Part shown: piece by piece, positions 34,201-42,277 of the stretch
How the letters are laid out: each line of letters begins with the position of its first letter
Position numbering within the stretch: the first letter of the stretch is position 1
Source of the DNA: an uncultured cyanobacterium
GTDB lineage: Bacteria > Cyanobacteriota > Cyanobacteriia > Cyanobacteriales > CAWCAG01
Reading direction: 5' to 3'
Assembly: GCA_963793425.1 (NCBI GenBank)
Contig: CAWCAG010000005.1
Location: 1,376,001-1,440,000, forward strand
DNA length: 64,000 nt
Notes under the pieces: model-generated
Seen by the model: the letters and a program-made list of their open reading frames with translations, nothing else
Databases searched by the model: none
Told to the model about the DNA's origin: nothing
Program-made: the position numbers and the translations under genes

Positions 34201-36624
34201 GAAGTATTAGAAAAGTTTGCGACGAGGGAAATAAAATGCAAAGTAGACTATTTATTTAATTCTTTTATTTTTCATTGGAAAGAATCTGCTAATTCTGCCA
34301 TAGAACCATTACGAGAAACTATTCAAGTAGGTTTAGAAACTGGAGATATTGAATTTGCTTGTTATGGTGCTGTGGAATATTGTTCCAATCTTTTGTTATT
34401 AGGACAGCCTTTAGATTATATTAGCCAGCAGCATCAACAATATATTGATTTGATTAGGAAAAATAAGCAAGGATATTCTTTAGCTTACGTAAAAATCTGG
34501 AGCCAGTTGGTTGAAAGTTTAAGAGGTAATTCAGAAAATCAACAACAATTAGTTGGAGAAGAATTTGATGAAGTAACGATGTTGCCAAGGTTACTTCAAA
34601 CTAATAACTTAAACTTAGTTTTCCAGGTTTATTTAGCTAAAACTATTTTAAGTTACTTATTTAAAGACTATTCAGCAGCCATGACCCATGCTTCTTTAGG
34701 AGCCAATTATGAGCCTTCTGTAGTGGGTTTATTTAATGTTGCTCAGCATAACTTCTACTATTCTTTAGCTTTACTGGCTAACTGTACTAAAAATAATGAA
34801 AGTAGGAAAGAGCAGTTTTTAAAGAAAGTTGTTGCTAATCAACAGAAAATGAGCATTTGGTCTAACCATGCTCCGATGAATTTTTTACATAAATATGAAT
34901 TAGTAGAAGCAGAAAAAGCACGAGTTTCAAATCAATATTGGCAAGCCGCAGAACTTTATGAAAATGCTATCAAAAACGCTAGGGAATCTGGCTATACTCA
35001 AGATGAAGCCTTAGCTTATGAGTTGGCCGCAGAATTTTATTTAAGTCGTGGCATGGCAGAAGTTGGGCAGCTTTATATGACAAAAGCTCATTACAGCTAT
35101 CAACATTGGCAAGCTACCGCTAAAGTAAAAGATTTGGAAAAGAGGCATCCTCAGTTGTTTTCTTCAACTCCTATAGTTCCTAATAAGCTTAAAAATAACT
35201 CTACAATCGCGACAACAGATCCTTCTAACCTTTTAGATATAACCAGTGTTCTTAAAGCTTCTCAAGCATTAGGTAGCGAGATTGTTTTAGACAAATTGCT
35301 GACGCGAATGATGAAAATTGTGATAGAAAATGCGGGGGCAGATAGGGGCTTTCTTTTATTAAATAAATCTGATGGCTGGGTAATTGAAGCCATGGGAACT
35401 ATTGGTGAAGAAAAAATTACCATAGAACAATTACCATTAGAAGATGCTCAACAGCAATCTCGCTTACCTAAAACTATTATTAATTATGTAAGTCATACTC
35501 ACAAAAATCTTGTCTTAGGAGATGCTGTTCAGGTGGGTGCTTTCACCCAAGATCCCTATATTATAAGTCATAAACCTAAATCAATTCTCTGTACACCTTT
35601 ACTCAACCAAGGAACATTAGTAGGTATTGTTTATTTAGAGAATAGTTTGATTGCAGAAGCTTTTACCCCAGATCGCTCAGAGCTTCTCCATTTACTTTCT
35701 TCTCAAGCTGCTATTTCTCTAGAGAATGCCCGCTCCTACAGCCGTCAAGTGGAACTGACAGATTCCTATAGTCGTTTTGTTCCCGCTGAGTATTTAGAGT
35801 TTTTGCAAAAGAAAAGTATTACCCAAGTAAAGTTAGGGGATCATGTTAGTAAAGAGATGGCAGTGATGTTTTCTGATATTCGCTCCTTCACTGCCATTTC
35901 TGAAAATATGACTCCCCAAGAAAACTTTGATTTTGTCAACAATTATCTTAGGGAAGTAAGTCCCAAAATCCGTGGCAATGATGGTTTCATTGTTAAATAT
36001 TTAGGGGATGGGATGATGGCTGTTTTTCCGAATGGGGCTGACAATGCTTTAGCGGCCGGAATTGCTAAACTGCAACAGGTGGAAATATATAATCGTCAGC
36101 GTCAAGAAAATAACCAACCTCCGATTAAAGTAGGAGTTGGCATACACGTTGGTCATATGATGGTAGGAATGGTGGGAGAAACTGCCCGTATGCAAGGAGA
36201 TGCTTTTTCTGATAATGTCAATCTCACAGCCCGTTTAGAAAGTTTGACTAAGTTCTATGGTGTTTCTTTAGTGATTAGCGAGACTACGAAAGAAAGGTTG
36301 AGCAATCCTCAGCAATATAAAATACGTTTCCTTGATAAAGTTATTCTTAAAGGTAAGAAAAATCCTATCGCCATTTTTGAAGTATTAGATGGCAACAACC
36401 CAGAGGATATTGCAGCTAAGTTAGCAACTCAAGGAGATTTTGAAAAAGGTTTGGAGTGCTATCGTTTAGGGGCAGTAGCAGAAGCAGAAGGCTACTTTAA
36501 GCAAGTTTTAACCAGCAACCCCAATGACAGTGTTTCTCAGCTTTATTTGGAGCGAGTAGAGGAACTTAAAAAAGAAGGTGTACCTAAAAATTGGGATGGG
36601 GTTTGGAGTTTGAAGCGGAAATAG
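31213..36624 (+). CDS. Ser/Thr kinase - AAA/STAND-like ATPase - helical repeats - GAF - class III adenylate cyclase - TPR
   Basis: Kinase HKDINPSN, DFG; ATPase GYSGVGKS, LFLDDLQW; GAF SILCTPL..YLEN; cyclase FSDIRSFT, KYLGDG, NLTARLE. Confidence 0.92.
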   Translation: MLTIGGYLIKEQLFESAHSKIYRGYREIDQQSVVVKMLKDAYPSPERIAWFQREYELLQSLNLIGVAEAYELVTYQSTWAMILEDFGGESLEKLELAGALSIPEFLPLAIKITGILGQIHGCSVIHKDINPSNIVLNPQSGEVKIIDFGIATLLSRENPTFRNPNVLEGTVAYISPEQTGRMNRSMDYRSDFYSLGVTFYKLLTGRVPFVTDEAIELVHAHIAKQPPPLQQDSETGQEEIPQVIVDIVMKLMAKNAEERYQSAYGLKADLDKCLQQLKKKGEIEVFPLAQRDISDKFQIPQKLYGREAEIDALLAAFERTSKGIPPNHLSTGGVEMILVAGYSGVGKSVLVNEIHKPITAKRGIFIAGKYEQYQGNIPYFAISQAFNEFCNQLLSESPETLKIWREKILTAVGNNGQVLIEVIPELALVIGQQPPLAQVSPQEAQNRFHLVFQNFVKAISQAENPLVLFLDDLQWVDTASLKLLKLLMSDKSYRYLLIVGAYRVNEVDATHPLKIALDSIEAESGVISSIHLKNLTKTDVNTLLTEALNCEPDYSQSLADLVYKKTQGNAFFTKEFLKSLYESGLLTFEFPSISLLVTGQSKGGWQWNVSQIQAENITDNVVELMADKICHLDTETQTVLQLAACIGNSFNLSLLTQLYQKQYQVKTATSQSILSDLWQALQEGLVVPLNEQYKLINTELSGASKEEKINFNQFKRAIFKFQHDRVQQAAYALISPQKRQQKIHVQIADLLLENTQPEELEESIFDIVNQYNEGLSLIEVEKAMELARLNLKAGKKAKVATAYEPAVKYLNIGLDLLSEQSWQTEYDLTFALHIEAIEAEYLNTNFEQAKFLTDIVLSNANTVLDKVKVYENQILFYITQNEQQTAIHIGLRVLEMLEVSLYDSPPPNLDINKLASLPEMADPDKLAAMRILMTIAVPAYIANPTMLPQILFTMIDLCVNYGNSPSAPVAYAFYGSLLCTMFSDIETGYQFGHLALEVLEKFATREIKCKVDYLFNSFIFHWKESANSAIEPLRETIQVGLETGDIEFACYGAVEYCSNLLLLGQPLDYISQQHQQYIDLIRKNKQGYSLAYVKIWSQLVESLRGNSENQQQLVGEEFDEVTMLPRLLQTNNLNLVFQVYLAKTILSYLFKDYSAAMTHASLGANYEPSVVGLFNVAQHNFYYSLALLANCTKNNESRKEQFLKKVVANQQKMSIWSNHAPMNFLHKYELVEAEKARVSNQYWQAAELYENAIKNARESGYTQDEALAYELAAEFYLSRGMAEVGQLYMTKAHYSYQHWQATAKVKDLEKRHPQLFSSTPIVPNKLKNNSTIATTDPSNLLDITSVLKASQALGSEIVLDKLLTRMMKIVIENAGADRGFLLLNKSDGWVIEAMGTIGEEKITIEQLPLEDAQQQSRLPKTIINYVSHTHKNLVLGDAVQVGAFTQDPYIISHKPKSILCTPLLNQGTLVGIVYLENSLIAEAFTPDRSELLHLLSSQAAISLENARSYSRQVELTDSYSRFVPAEYLEFLQKKSITQVKLGDHVSKEMAVMFSDIRSFTAISENMTPQENFDFVNNYLREVSPKIRGNDGFIVKYLGDGMMAVFPNGADNALAAGIAKLQQVEIYNRQRQENNQPPIKVGVGIHVGHMMVGMVGETARMQGDAFSDNVNLTARLESLTKFYGVSLVISETTKERLSNPQQYKIRFLDKVILKGKKNPIAIFEVLDGNNPEDIAAKLATQGDFEKGLECYRLGAVAEAEGYFKQVLTSNPNDSVSQLYLERVEELKKEGVPKNWDGVWSLKRK

Positions 36625-36631
36625 TTGTTCA

Positions 36632-36767
36632 CATAAATAGCACCGGAAACACCATCACCTGGAAGTAATGACTCATTTGCAGCGTCAACAATTACGTCCA
36701 CTTTTTGATGTGTGATATCTCCCTGTTGTATCTCTATTTGCTCTTTAATTACTTTTGTCTCTACCAT
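36632..36767 (-). pseudogene. Macro domain N-terminal fragment
   Basis: IEIQQGDITHQKVDVIVDAANESLLPGDGVSGAI, then truncated at the cyclase gene end. Confidence 0.8.
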
Positions 36768-36969
36768 CAGGATATTCCTCCCTAAATCTCTGGAGAATAG
36801 ACTTATCAGTTGCTTCGTAGACAATAGAATTTTTTTGTCCAAGGACAGGCTTAATATGCTTGACTTCACCTGAAACTATGGGAAGGGGGATTGGCTCAGA
36901 TGCAAATGCAGCGCAGGAGCCATCAAATTGAAAGTGCTTGCAGTATTTGCATCCTTTATATTCTGCCAT
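36745..36969 (-). CDS. Small Cys/His-rich protein
   Basis: CKYCKHF..C.AF..PIP..I.SG...H.KP; overlaps the macro-fragment start. Confidence 0.6.
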   Translation of the reverse strand: MAEYKGCKYCKHFQFDGSCAAFASEPIPLPIVSGEVKHIKPVLGQKNSIVYEATDKSILQRFREEYPDGRDKSN

Positions 36970-37006
36970 TAAATTGTCTTTCTTCGTGTAGTTACAGATT
37001 GTTCAA

Positions 37007-37090
37007 TGCGATCGCCTATTTTATTTCGATTAATTCTGGTGGGCAAAGATAGATGAGTTTCTGAAGCTAATTCAACGACTGAATCTTGCC
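37007..37090 (+). repeat. Direct repeat A, copy 1 (HIP1 plus REP-like palindrome)
   Basis: 82/84 identical to 40314-40397 by manual alignment. Confidence 0.92.
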
Positions 37091-37216
37091 AACCTATTAG
37101 TAATTGATTTGCTATTAGACATATTATGATGGGCAAATAAATAATAAATTTGATTGTCCATCCTAACGAAGGTATTTTGCCCACCCTACCTAAAAGCTTG
37201 AGATATACCATCTGAA

Positions 37217-37253
37217 TGCGATCGCATTCATTAAAGCTTGCCAGAGATAAAGT
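37217..37253 (+). repeat. Direct repeat B, copy 1 (starts at HIP1)
   Basis: 32/37 identical to 40113-40149 by manual alignment. Confidence 0.85.
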
Positions 37254-37304
37254 CAGATTAGTTCGTTGGCTTGAGTAAATATAGTCACATGGAAGAACTT
37301 AAAG

Positions 37305-37559
37305 ATGAAGAATAGTGCGCCTCTGTTAGTTGAAGAAACAAACCTCTCGCGTATGTGGGCTACTGTATTTCTGCATATTATTGATAATTCTGGAAAAGAG
37401 ATTTCGCCACTTATAGTAACTTTAACGGGCTTGACATTTGGGCGTATGAACTGTTTCGTTGGTGTAGCAAAGCTAGATACCATCACTAAATCAGATGATA
37501 GTTTAACTACTCTCAAAAAGGTAGCTCGAAATGCGCTGCCCTCAACTACTAACGAATAA
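37305..37559 (+). pseudogene. Probable thymidylate-synthase-like gene with an in-frame deletion of its core
   Basis: N-terminus NLSRMW...EISPLIVTLTG fused to a C-terminus-like LTFGRMNCFVGVAKL; lies upstream of aGPT-Pplase1/MazG genes. Confidence 0.5.
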
Positions 37560-37578
37560 ACAGTAGAGGGAATACAAC

Positions 37579-38706
37579 ATGAAAACTAAACCTCAGAAAC
37601 ACACAACTAAAAATGCTCAGCAACACAAACAACTAAGTCTTGACTTTGGCCAATATGATTCTGAACAAAGCTCAACACCAAAGATTATTTCATATCTTCC
37701 TGGTGCTAAGCCTACAATTGTATTCAACACTTACTGGCGATTTGCTGCTGAACGGCAAAAAGTATTTTTCAAAAAGTTAGAAAATGCCCCAATACCTTGG
37801 ACTGACGACCCAATTGTTTCAACCTACAAGTTTACCAATGCTTACCGCGCTTCAGATCGTGTAAGCCAGTATTTGATCCGTAATGTCATTTACCAGAATG
37901 ATCTGCCATCATCATCTAACGAGGTATTCTTTAGGATTATCCTTTTCAAAATATTCAATAAGATCGAGACTTGGCAGCTTTTAGAAAAAAAGCTTGGTTC
38001 CCTTGTTTACGCTGAATATTCCTTTGAACGCTATGATCAAGTTCTCACAGAGGCCATTCAGTCAGGCCAAGCTATCTATTCTGCTGCATACATAATGCCA
38101 TCAGGAGGAACAAGCTTTGGACATATAGCGAAACATCGTAACTACCTCAAGCTAATCGAGAAAATGATGGCTGAGGAGCTACCAAAAAAGCTTGCTGATG
38201 CCCAGAATATGCAGCAAGGATTCGATTTGCTGCGAGGATATCCAACTATTGGCGACTTTTTGGCTTATCAGTTTATTACTGATGTTAACTATAGTGAAAT
38301 TACGAACTTTAGCGAAATGGATTTTGTGATTCCTGGCCCTGGGGCGCTAGATGGTATTCGTAAATGCTTTAGTGATTTGGGCGGACTGAGCGAACCAGAA
38401 ATTATAGAGCGCATGGGAGAGAATCAAGAGTCTGAGTTTGAGCGACTAGGACTGAATTTTCAGTCTCTCTGGGGAAGAAGGCTACAATTGATTGATTGCC
38501 AAAATCTATTTTGCGAGGTCGATAAATATGCTCGCATGAAACATCCCGGTATTGCTGGAATATCAGGTCGCTCTCGTATCAAACAAAAATACTCAGGTAA
38601 AGGACAATTTCTAGATTTCTGGTATCCACCTAAATGGGGAATTAATCAGGCTATTGAAAAATACAAAACAGTTGCTAAAGTTCATACTCCGTTGAAGTCT
38701 AAATAG
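37579..38706 (+). CDS. aGPT-Pplase1 / amino acid:DNA transferase-like DNA base hypermodification protein (HhH-glycosylase-like fold)
   Basis: YWRFAAERQ, PWTDDPI..YKFTNAYRASDRVSQ, IGDFLAYQ..D, GPGALDG, QNLFCEVDKY. Confidence 0.85.
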   Translation: MKTKPQKHTTKNAQQHKQLSLDFGQYDSEQSSTPKIISYLPGAKPTIVFNTYWRFAAERQKVFFKKLENAPIPWTDDPIVSTYKFTNAYRASDRVSQYLIRNVIYQNDLPSSSNEVFFRIILFKIFNKIETWQLLEKKLGSLVYAEYSFERYDQVLTEAIQSGQAIYSAAYIMPSGGTSFGHIAKHRNYLKLIEKMMAEELPKKLADAQNMQQGFDLLRGYPTIGDFLAYQFITDVNYSEITNFSEMDFVIPGPGALDGIRKCFSDLGGLSEPEIIERMGENQESEFERLGLNFQSLWGRRLQLIDCQNLFCEVDKYARMKHPGIAGISGRSRIKQKYSGKGQFLDFWYPPKWGINQAIEKYKTVAKVHTPLKSK

Positions 38707-38715
38707 AATCTCAAG

Positions 38716-39594
38716 GTGTCAAGCATGGATTTTCGTGAATATCAGGAACAAGCCCAAAAGACGGATCAAGTTCCCGGTAAAGAAGGAAAAGGAATAACTG
38801 TACCTCTGTTGGGCTTAGTTGGAGAAGCAGGGGAATTGCTCAGTGAATACAAAAAGTACTTACGGGACGGAGAAGCCCATAGGCTTTTTCCAGAACGTGC
38901 TGCCGAAGAGTTGGGGGATATGCTTTGGTATATTGCCAATTTATCTAGCAAGTTTGATCTTAGTCTGGAAAAAATTGCTGAAGACAATATTGAGAAAATA
39001 TTTGATCGTTGGGGATGGAAAAATTCACTACAAACACAGATACACATATTTGACAGTAATTTTCCTGGAAATGAGCGTTTACCACGTCAGTTTGATGTTG
39101 ATCTCACAGAGGTAAACGGAAACAACTCCGTAAAAATGAGAGCATTTGTCAACGGAAAACAAATTGGTGACGACCTCACTGATAATTCTTACTCAAACGA
39201 TGGTTATCGCTTTCATGATATTTTCCATCTTTCCTATGCCGCAGTATTAGGGTGGTCACCAGTCATGCGTCGCAATCTTAAATGTAAGCGAAAAAGTGAC
39301 CCTAGTATTGATGAAGTAGAAGATGGCGGTCGTGCGATCGCAATTGAAGAGGGTATATCAGCCCTTGTATTCAGCTATGCCAAAGACCATCAGTTTTTAG
39401 AAGGAGTTGATACTCTTGACTACCAGTTGCTCAAAACTATTAAAACTATGACTTATTACTTAGAAGTCTCTCAATGTTCCCTTGGTGATTGGGAAAAAGC
39501 TATCCTGAGTGGATACGAAGTCTGGCGAGAAATAGTAGAAAATGGAGGTGGGGAAGTGACTGTAAATCTTGATCAACGTACCTTAAGACGATAA
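38716..39594 (+). CDS. MazG-like NTP pyrophosphohydrolase fused to a MazG-C domain
   Basis: GLVGEAGE...EELGDMLWY; C-domain GDDLTDN..DGYRFHD.FH...GWSPV.R...KRKS...DEVEDG.RA..IEEG. Confidence 0.88.
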   Translation: MSSMDFREYQEQAQKTDQVPGKEGKGITVPLLGLVGEAGELLSEYKKYLRDGEAHRLFPERAAEELGDMLWYIANLSSKFDLSLEKIAEDNIEKIFDRWGWKNSLQTQIHIFDSNFPGNERLPRQFDVDLTEVNGNNSVKMRAFVNGKQIGDDLTDNSYSNDGYRFHDIFHLSYAAVLGWSPVMRRNLKCKRKSDPSIDEVEDGGRAIAIEEGISALVFSYAKDHQFLEGVDTLDYQLLKTIKTMTYYLEVSQCSLGDWEKAILSGYEVWREIVENGGGEVTVNLDQRTLRR

Positions 39595-39612
39595 AAGTTT
39601 AAAGTTATTAAC

Positions 39613-40089
39613 TTAAGCTCGATAAAGCATAGGCTTTGTACTGCTTTTAAGATACAGTGGATGAAATGGACAGCCTCCTTGAGTGATTCCCAAACAGTAT
39701 AAGGGTTTAAAGCCAGTTATCCTCTCAAGAACATCCGTACAACGGTTCCTTAAAATGCCCCGATTTCCCCAAGCTACAATGATTTTATCTGCTGATTTAA
39801 CAGACTTTTCGAGGTAGCAATCATTTTCAGGTCCTACTGGATCTTTGACATTTTGCAGAGTTACTGGTTTTGAGGCCCGATAACCAAATAGGTTAACCAC
39901 TTCAAGGGAACCATAACCCCAAGACTGAGCGAAACCGATGCAGCGACGCAGGGTAGGATCATCCTTCGTTGCATCTGCGCGACTGGGGTTAAGCATAATA
40001 AAGGTGAGTTTAGGAGCATTTGTGTCCCATTCCCGCAAGAGCCAGTAGCGGTAGTATTCTGTTGAGTCTATTACTACATCTTTTATCAT
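39613..40089 (-). CDS. DUF1643 family protein
   Basis: YRYWL.REW, FIMLNPS.AD...DDPT.RRC, VVNLF, AWG, HPLY. Confidence 0.88.
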   Translation of the reverse strand: MIKDVVIDSTEYYRYWLLREWDTNAPKLTFIMLNPSRADATKDDPTLRRCIGFAQSWGYGSLEVVNLFGYRASKPVTLQNVKDPVGPENDCYLEKSVKSADKIIVAWGNRGILRNRCTDVLERITGFKPLYCLGITQGGCPFHPLYLKSSTKPMLYRA

Positions 40090-40112
40090 AGTTGCTTGTA
40101 AGATGGTGAAGT

Positions 40113-40149
40113 TGCGATCGCATTTATCAAAGCTTGCTAGAAAAAAAGT
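40113..40149 (+). repeat. Direct repeat B, copy 2 (starts at HIP1)
   Basis: Matches 37217-37253. Confidence 0.85.
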
Positions 40150-40313
40150 ATGAGTGCTTCATCCCTTCTTCAAACCACAACTAAGCTACCCCATAGCCTG
40201 TATAAGGGCGTTTATAACTTGATAGACTGCTTTAGCTTTTTTATATTTTTGGAAAGTAAAAAATTTAATAGCTCAGTATTAGTATACATATTAGTTGCCA
40301 CCTCTATCTTTAG

Positions 40314-40405
40314 TGCGATCGCCTATTTTATTTCGATTAATTCTGGTGGGCAAAGACAGATGAGTTTCTGAAGCTAATTCAACTACTGAATCTTGCCCAC
40401 CCTAC
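40314..40405 (+). repeat. Direct repeat A, copy 2 (HIP1 plus GGTGGGCAA...TTGCCCACCCTAC palindrome)
   Basis: Matches 37007-37090. Confidence 0.92.
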
Positions 40406-40731
40406 GCAGACAAAAGTTATACGAAAAATAGACGTGAAAGTCTACAGCTTTCCTAGAAAATGAACTAAATCAGCTTATTTTGTAGGGAAATTATGCAGTT
40501 ACCAATGCAACTATCTTGGAAAAGGGTTTTGAGTTTGTTTTCTGTGATCGCTTTAATATCTTTATGTGTACCTGTTCGTAGTTATGGCTTTTCTTCAAGT
40601 GATGTTGATATTCGTTTGAGTAGTTTAGCGATTATGAGTGCTACTCTCAAATACGTCAGGCTTTAAAGGCTTGGATTATCAATGAAAGCTGATTTCGAGG
40701 TTATACCTTCCCCAATGATCACAATTTCTCC

Positions 40732-42174
40732 TCAAACTCCCCTCAACTTTGCACTCAACTCATGTTTAATCCGATTCAGAATAGAAGTCTCATCCAAAGA
40801 CTCTAAAATGCGCGTCACCACAGCTTTGGGGCCATCAGCCCCCCAAGAAGCACCGTTAGCTAAATATTCTTTGGTTACTTGACAAATACCGTAGGTGGAA
40901 ACTCCTGCAACTCCTGCTTGGGTAATCGCCACAGAAATATAGGGGGCTAGGGATACTCCTCCTGTCGCAGGAGCAGAAAGACCTAAAATACCTTTCAGGG
41001 AACTTAAGCCTAAATTGGCGAACAGTTCGCTAGCACTAATTCCTCCCATGCTGATGGCAATTTTTTGTAACAACCCTATTGCCCCCTGCTGAGTCATGGA
41101 GATGCCGTAAAGCTTAGAAAGGGTTAAAATCGCTGCTACATCAATTACCGCCCCGGTAAACAAGTCTACGGCGGTAACGGGATTGCAGGCGATCGCAACG
41201 GCTTTTGCCATCACTGCTTTGAGGATAATTTGGTTAGCGGCTTCTTCCCGGATTTCCATTTTACGCTGTACCAATTGTTCATTAACTTCGTCAGCGTAAA
41301 GCATGGTATTGAGGGCAACTAAGGATTTACCTTCTTGGTGCAAAATCTCTAATATTTTTAACTTCAATTCTGCCATTTGCCCCTCTCCCTGAACCCTTTG
41401 CAGTTTCACACTGCCATCAGCAAGACGTTCTGCTTTAGCAACTAAAGGAGAAGCCGCAACCATGACAATCTCATCAGGAGAAAGTAATTCTCGTACTCTT
41501 TGGTCGCGAATGGTACGATAAATTAACTCCCGGTCAGCATCAGGATATTGATCAATTTTGTTAAACACCAAAACCATTGGTTTACCAACTTCCCTTAATT
41601 GGGAAAGGGCGCTATATTCTACTTTGGTAATATCTCCAGCAACAACAAACAAAATTAAATCTGCTTGTTTAGCAATTTGATGGGCTAAAGCTTCGCGAGT
41701 TTCCCCATCAACCTCATCAATGCCTGGAGTATCAATAAGTTGAATTTGTGAGTCTCCTACCCCCGGTAAAGCCACCCGTAAAACATTCTTTTCACTATCA
41801 CCAATACTTTCTGTATCCACTTGCCAGTTAGCGCTGTTGATAGTTTGAGTTACACCATGTAAAGGACCGGTTTCAAAGATATTCTCCCCCAAGAGTGCAT
41901 TAAGTACAGAAGATTTGCCCCTCCCCACCATACCAAAAGCGGCAATTTGCACGACAGCTTGATCTAACTTATCGAGCATAGCTTTTAAATGGTCAATTTC
42001 TGCTTCTAAGCCTGCTTGTTCGGTGGAAGTTAAATCGAGTTTGTTAACTAAGTTATGGAGAGATTTTTGAGCTTGTTTATAGTTTAATTCTTCTTGAATT
42101 TCTGTAAAACCAAGAATAGCGTTATCTAATTCTTCTGGTTTCCAGTTAGAGAAGTCAGGGAGTGGCTCAGACAT
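40732..42174 (-). CDS. Era/HSR1-like GTPase with a DUF697-type C-terminus
   Basis: GMVGRGKSS, DTPG, NKID; start MSEPL at 42174. Confidence 0.85.
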   Translation of the reverse strand: MSEPLPDFSNWKPEELDNAILGFTEIQEELNYKQAQKSLHNLVNKLDLTSTEQAGLEAEIDHLKAMLDKLDQAVVQIAAFGMVGRGKSSVLNALLGENIFETGPLHGVTQTINSANWQVDTESIGDSEKNVLRVALPGVGDSQIQLIDTPGIDEVDGETREALAHQIAKQADLILFVVAGDITKVEYSALSQLREVGKPMVLVFNKIDQYPDADRELIYRTIRDQRVRELLSPDEIVMVAASPLVAKAERLADGSVKLQRVQGEGQMAELKLKILEILHQEGKSLVALNTMLYADEVNEQLVQRKMEIREEAANQIILKAVMAKAVAIACNPVTAVDLFTGAVIDVAAILTLSKLYGISMTQQGAIGLLQKIAISMGGISASELFANLGLSSLKGILGLSAPATGGVSLAPYISVAITQAGVAGVSTYGICQVTKEYLANGASWGADGPKAVVTRILESLDETSILNRIKHELSAKLRGV

Positions 42175-42277
42175 AGGTAAATTAGCATTTGCAAAATTAA
42201 ATTTATTCAGGCAAGGCAGCTTTATAATATTAGGTATGAGCATATAGTTGAGGAGCATAAATTGAGTTTTAATAGGT

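Noticed and set aside
36543..36869. 108-aa ORF as an intact gene
   Set aside because: Only the central ~45 aa are macro-like; the rest overlaps neighbouring genes.
36969..37211. 80-aa minus-strand ORF, and the 73-aa ORF at 40150-40371
   Set aside because: Both run through repeat A and have no protein motifs; probably spurious.
40493..40666. 57-aa ORF with a signal-peptide-like start
   Set aside because: Too short and no recognisable family; cannot be supported.
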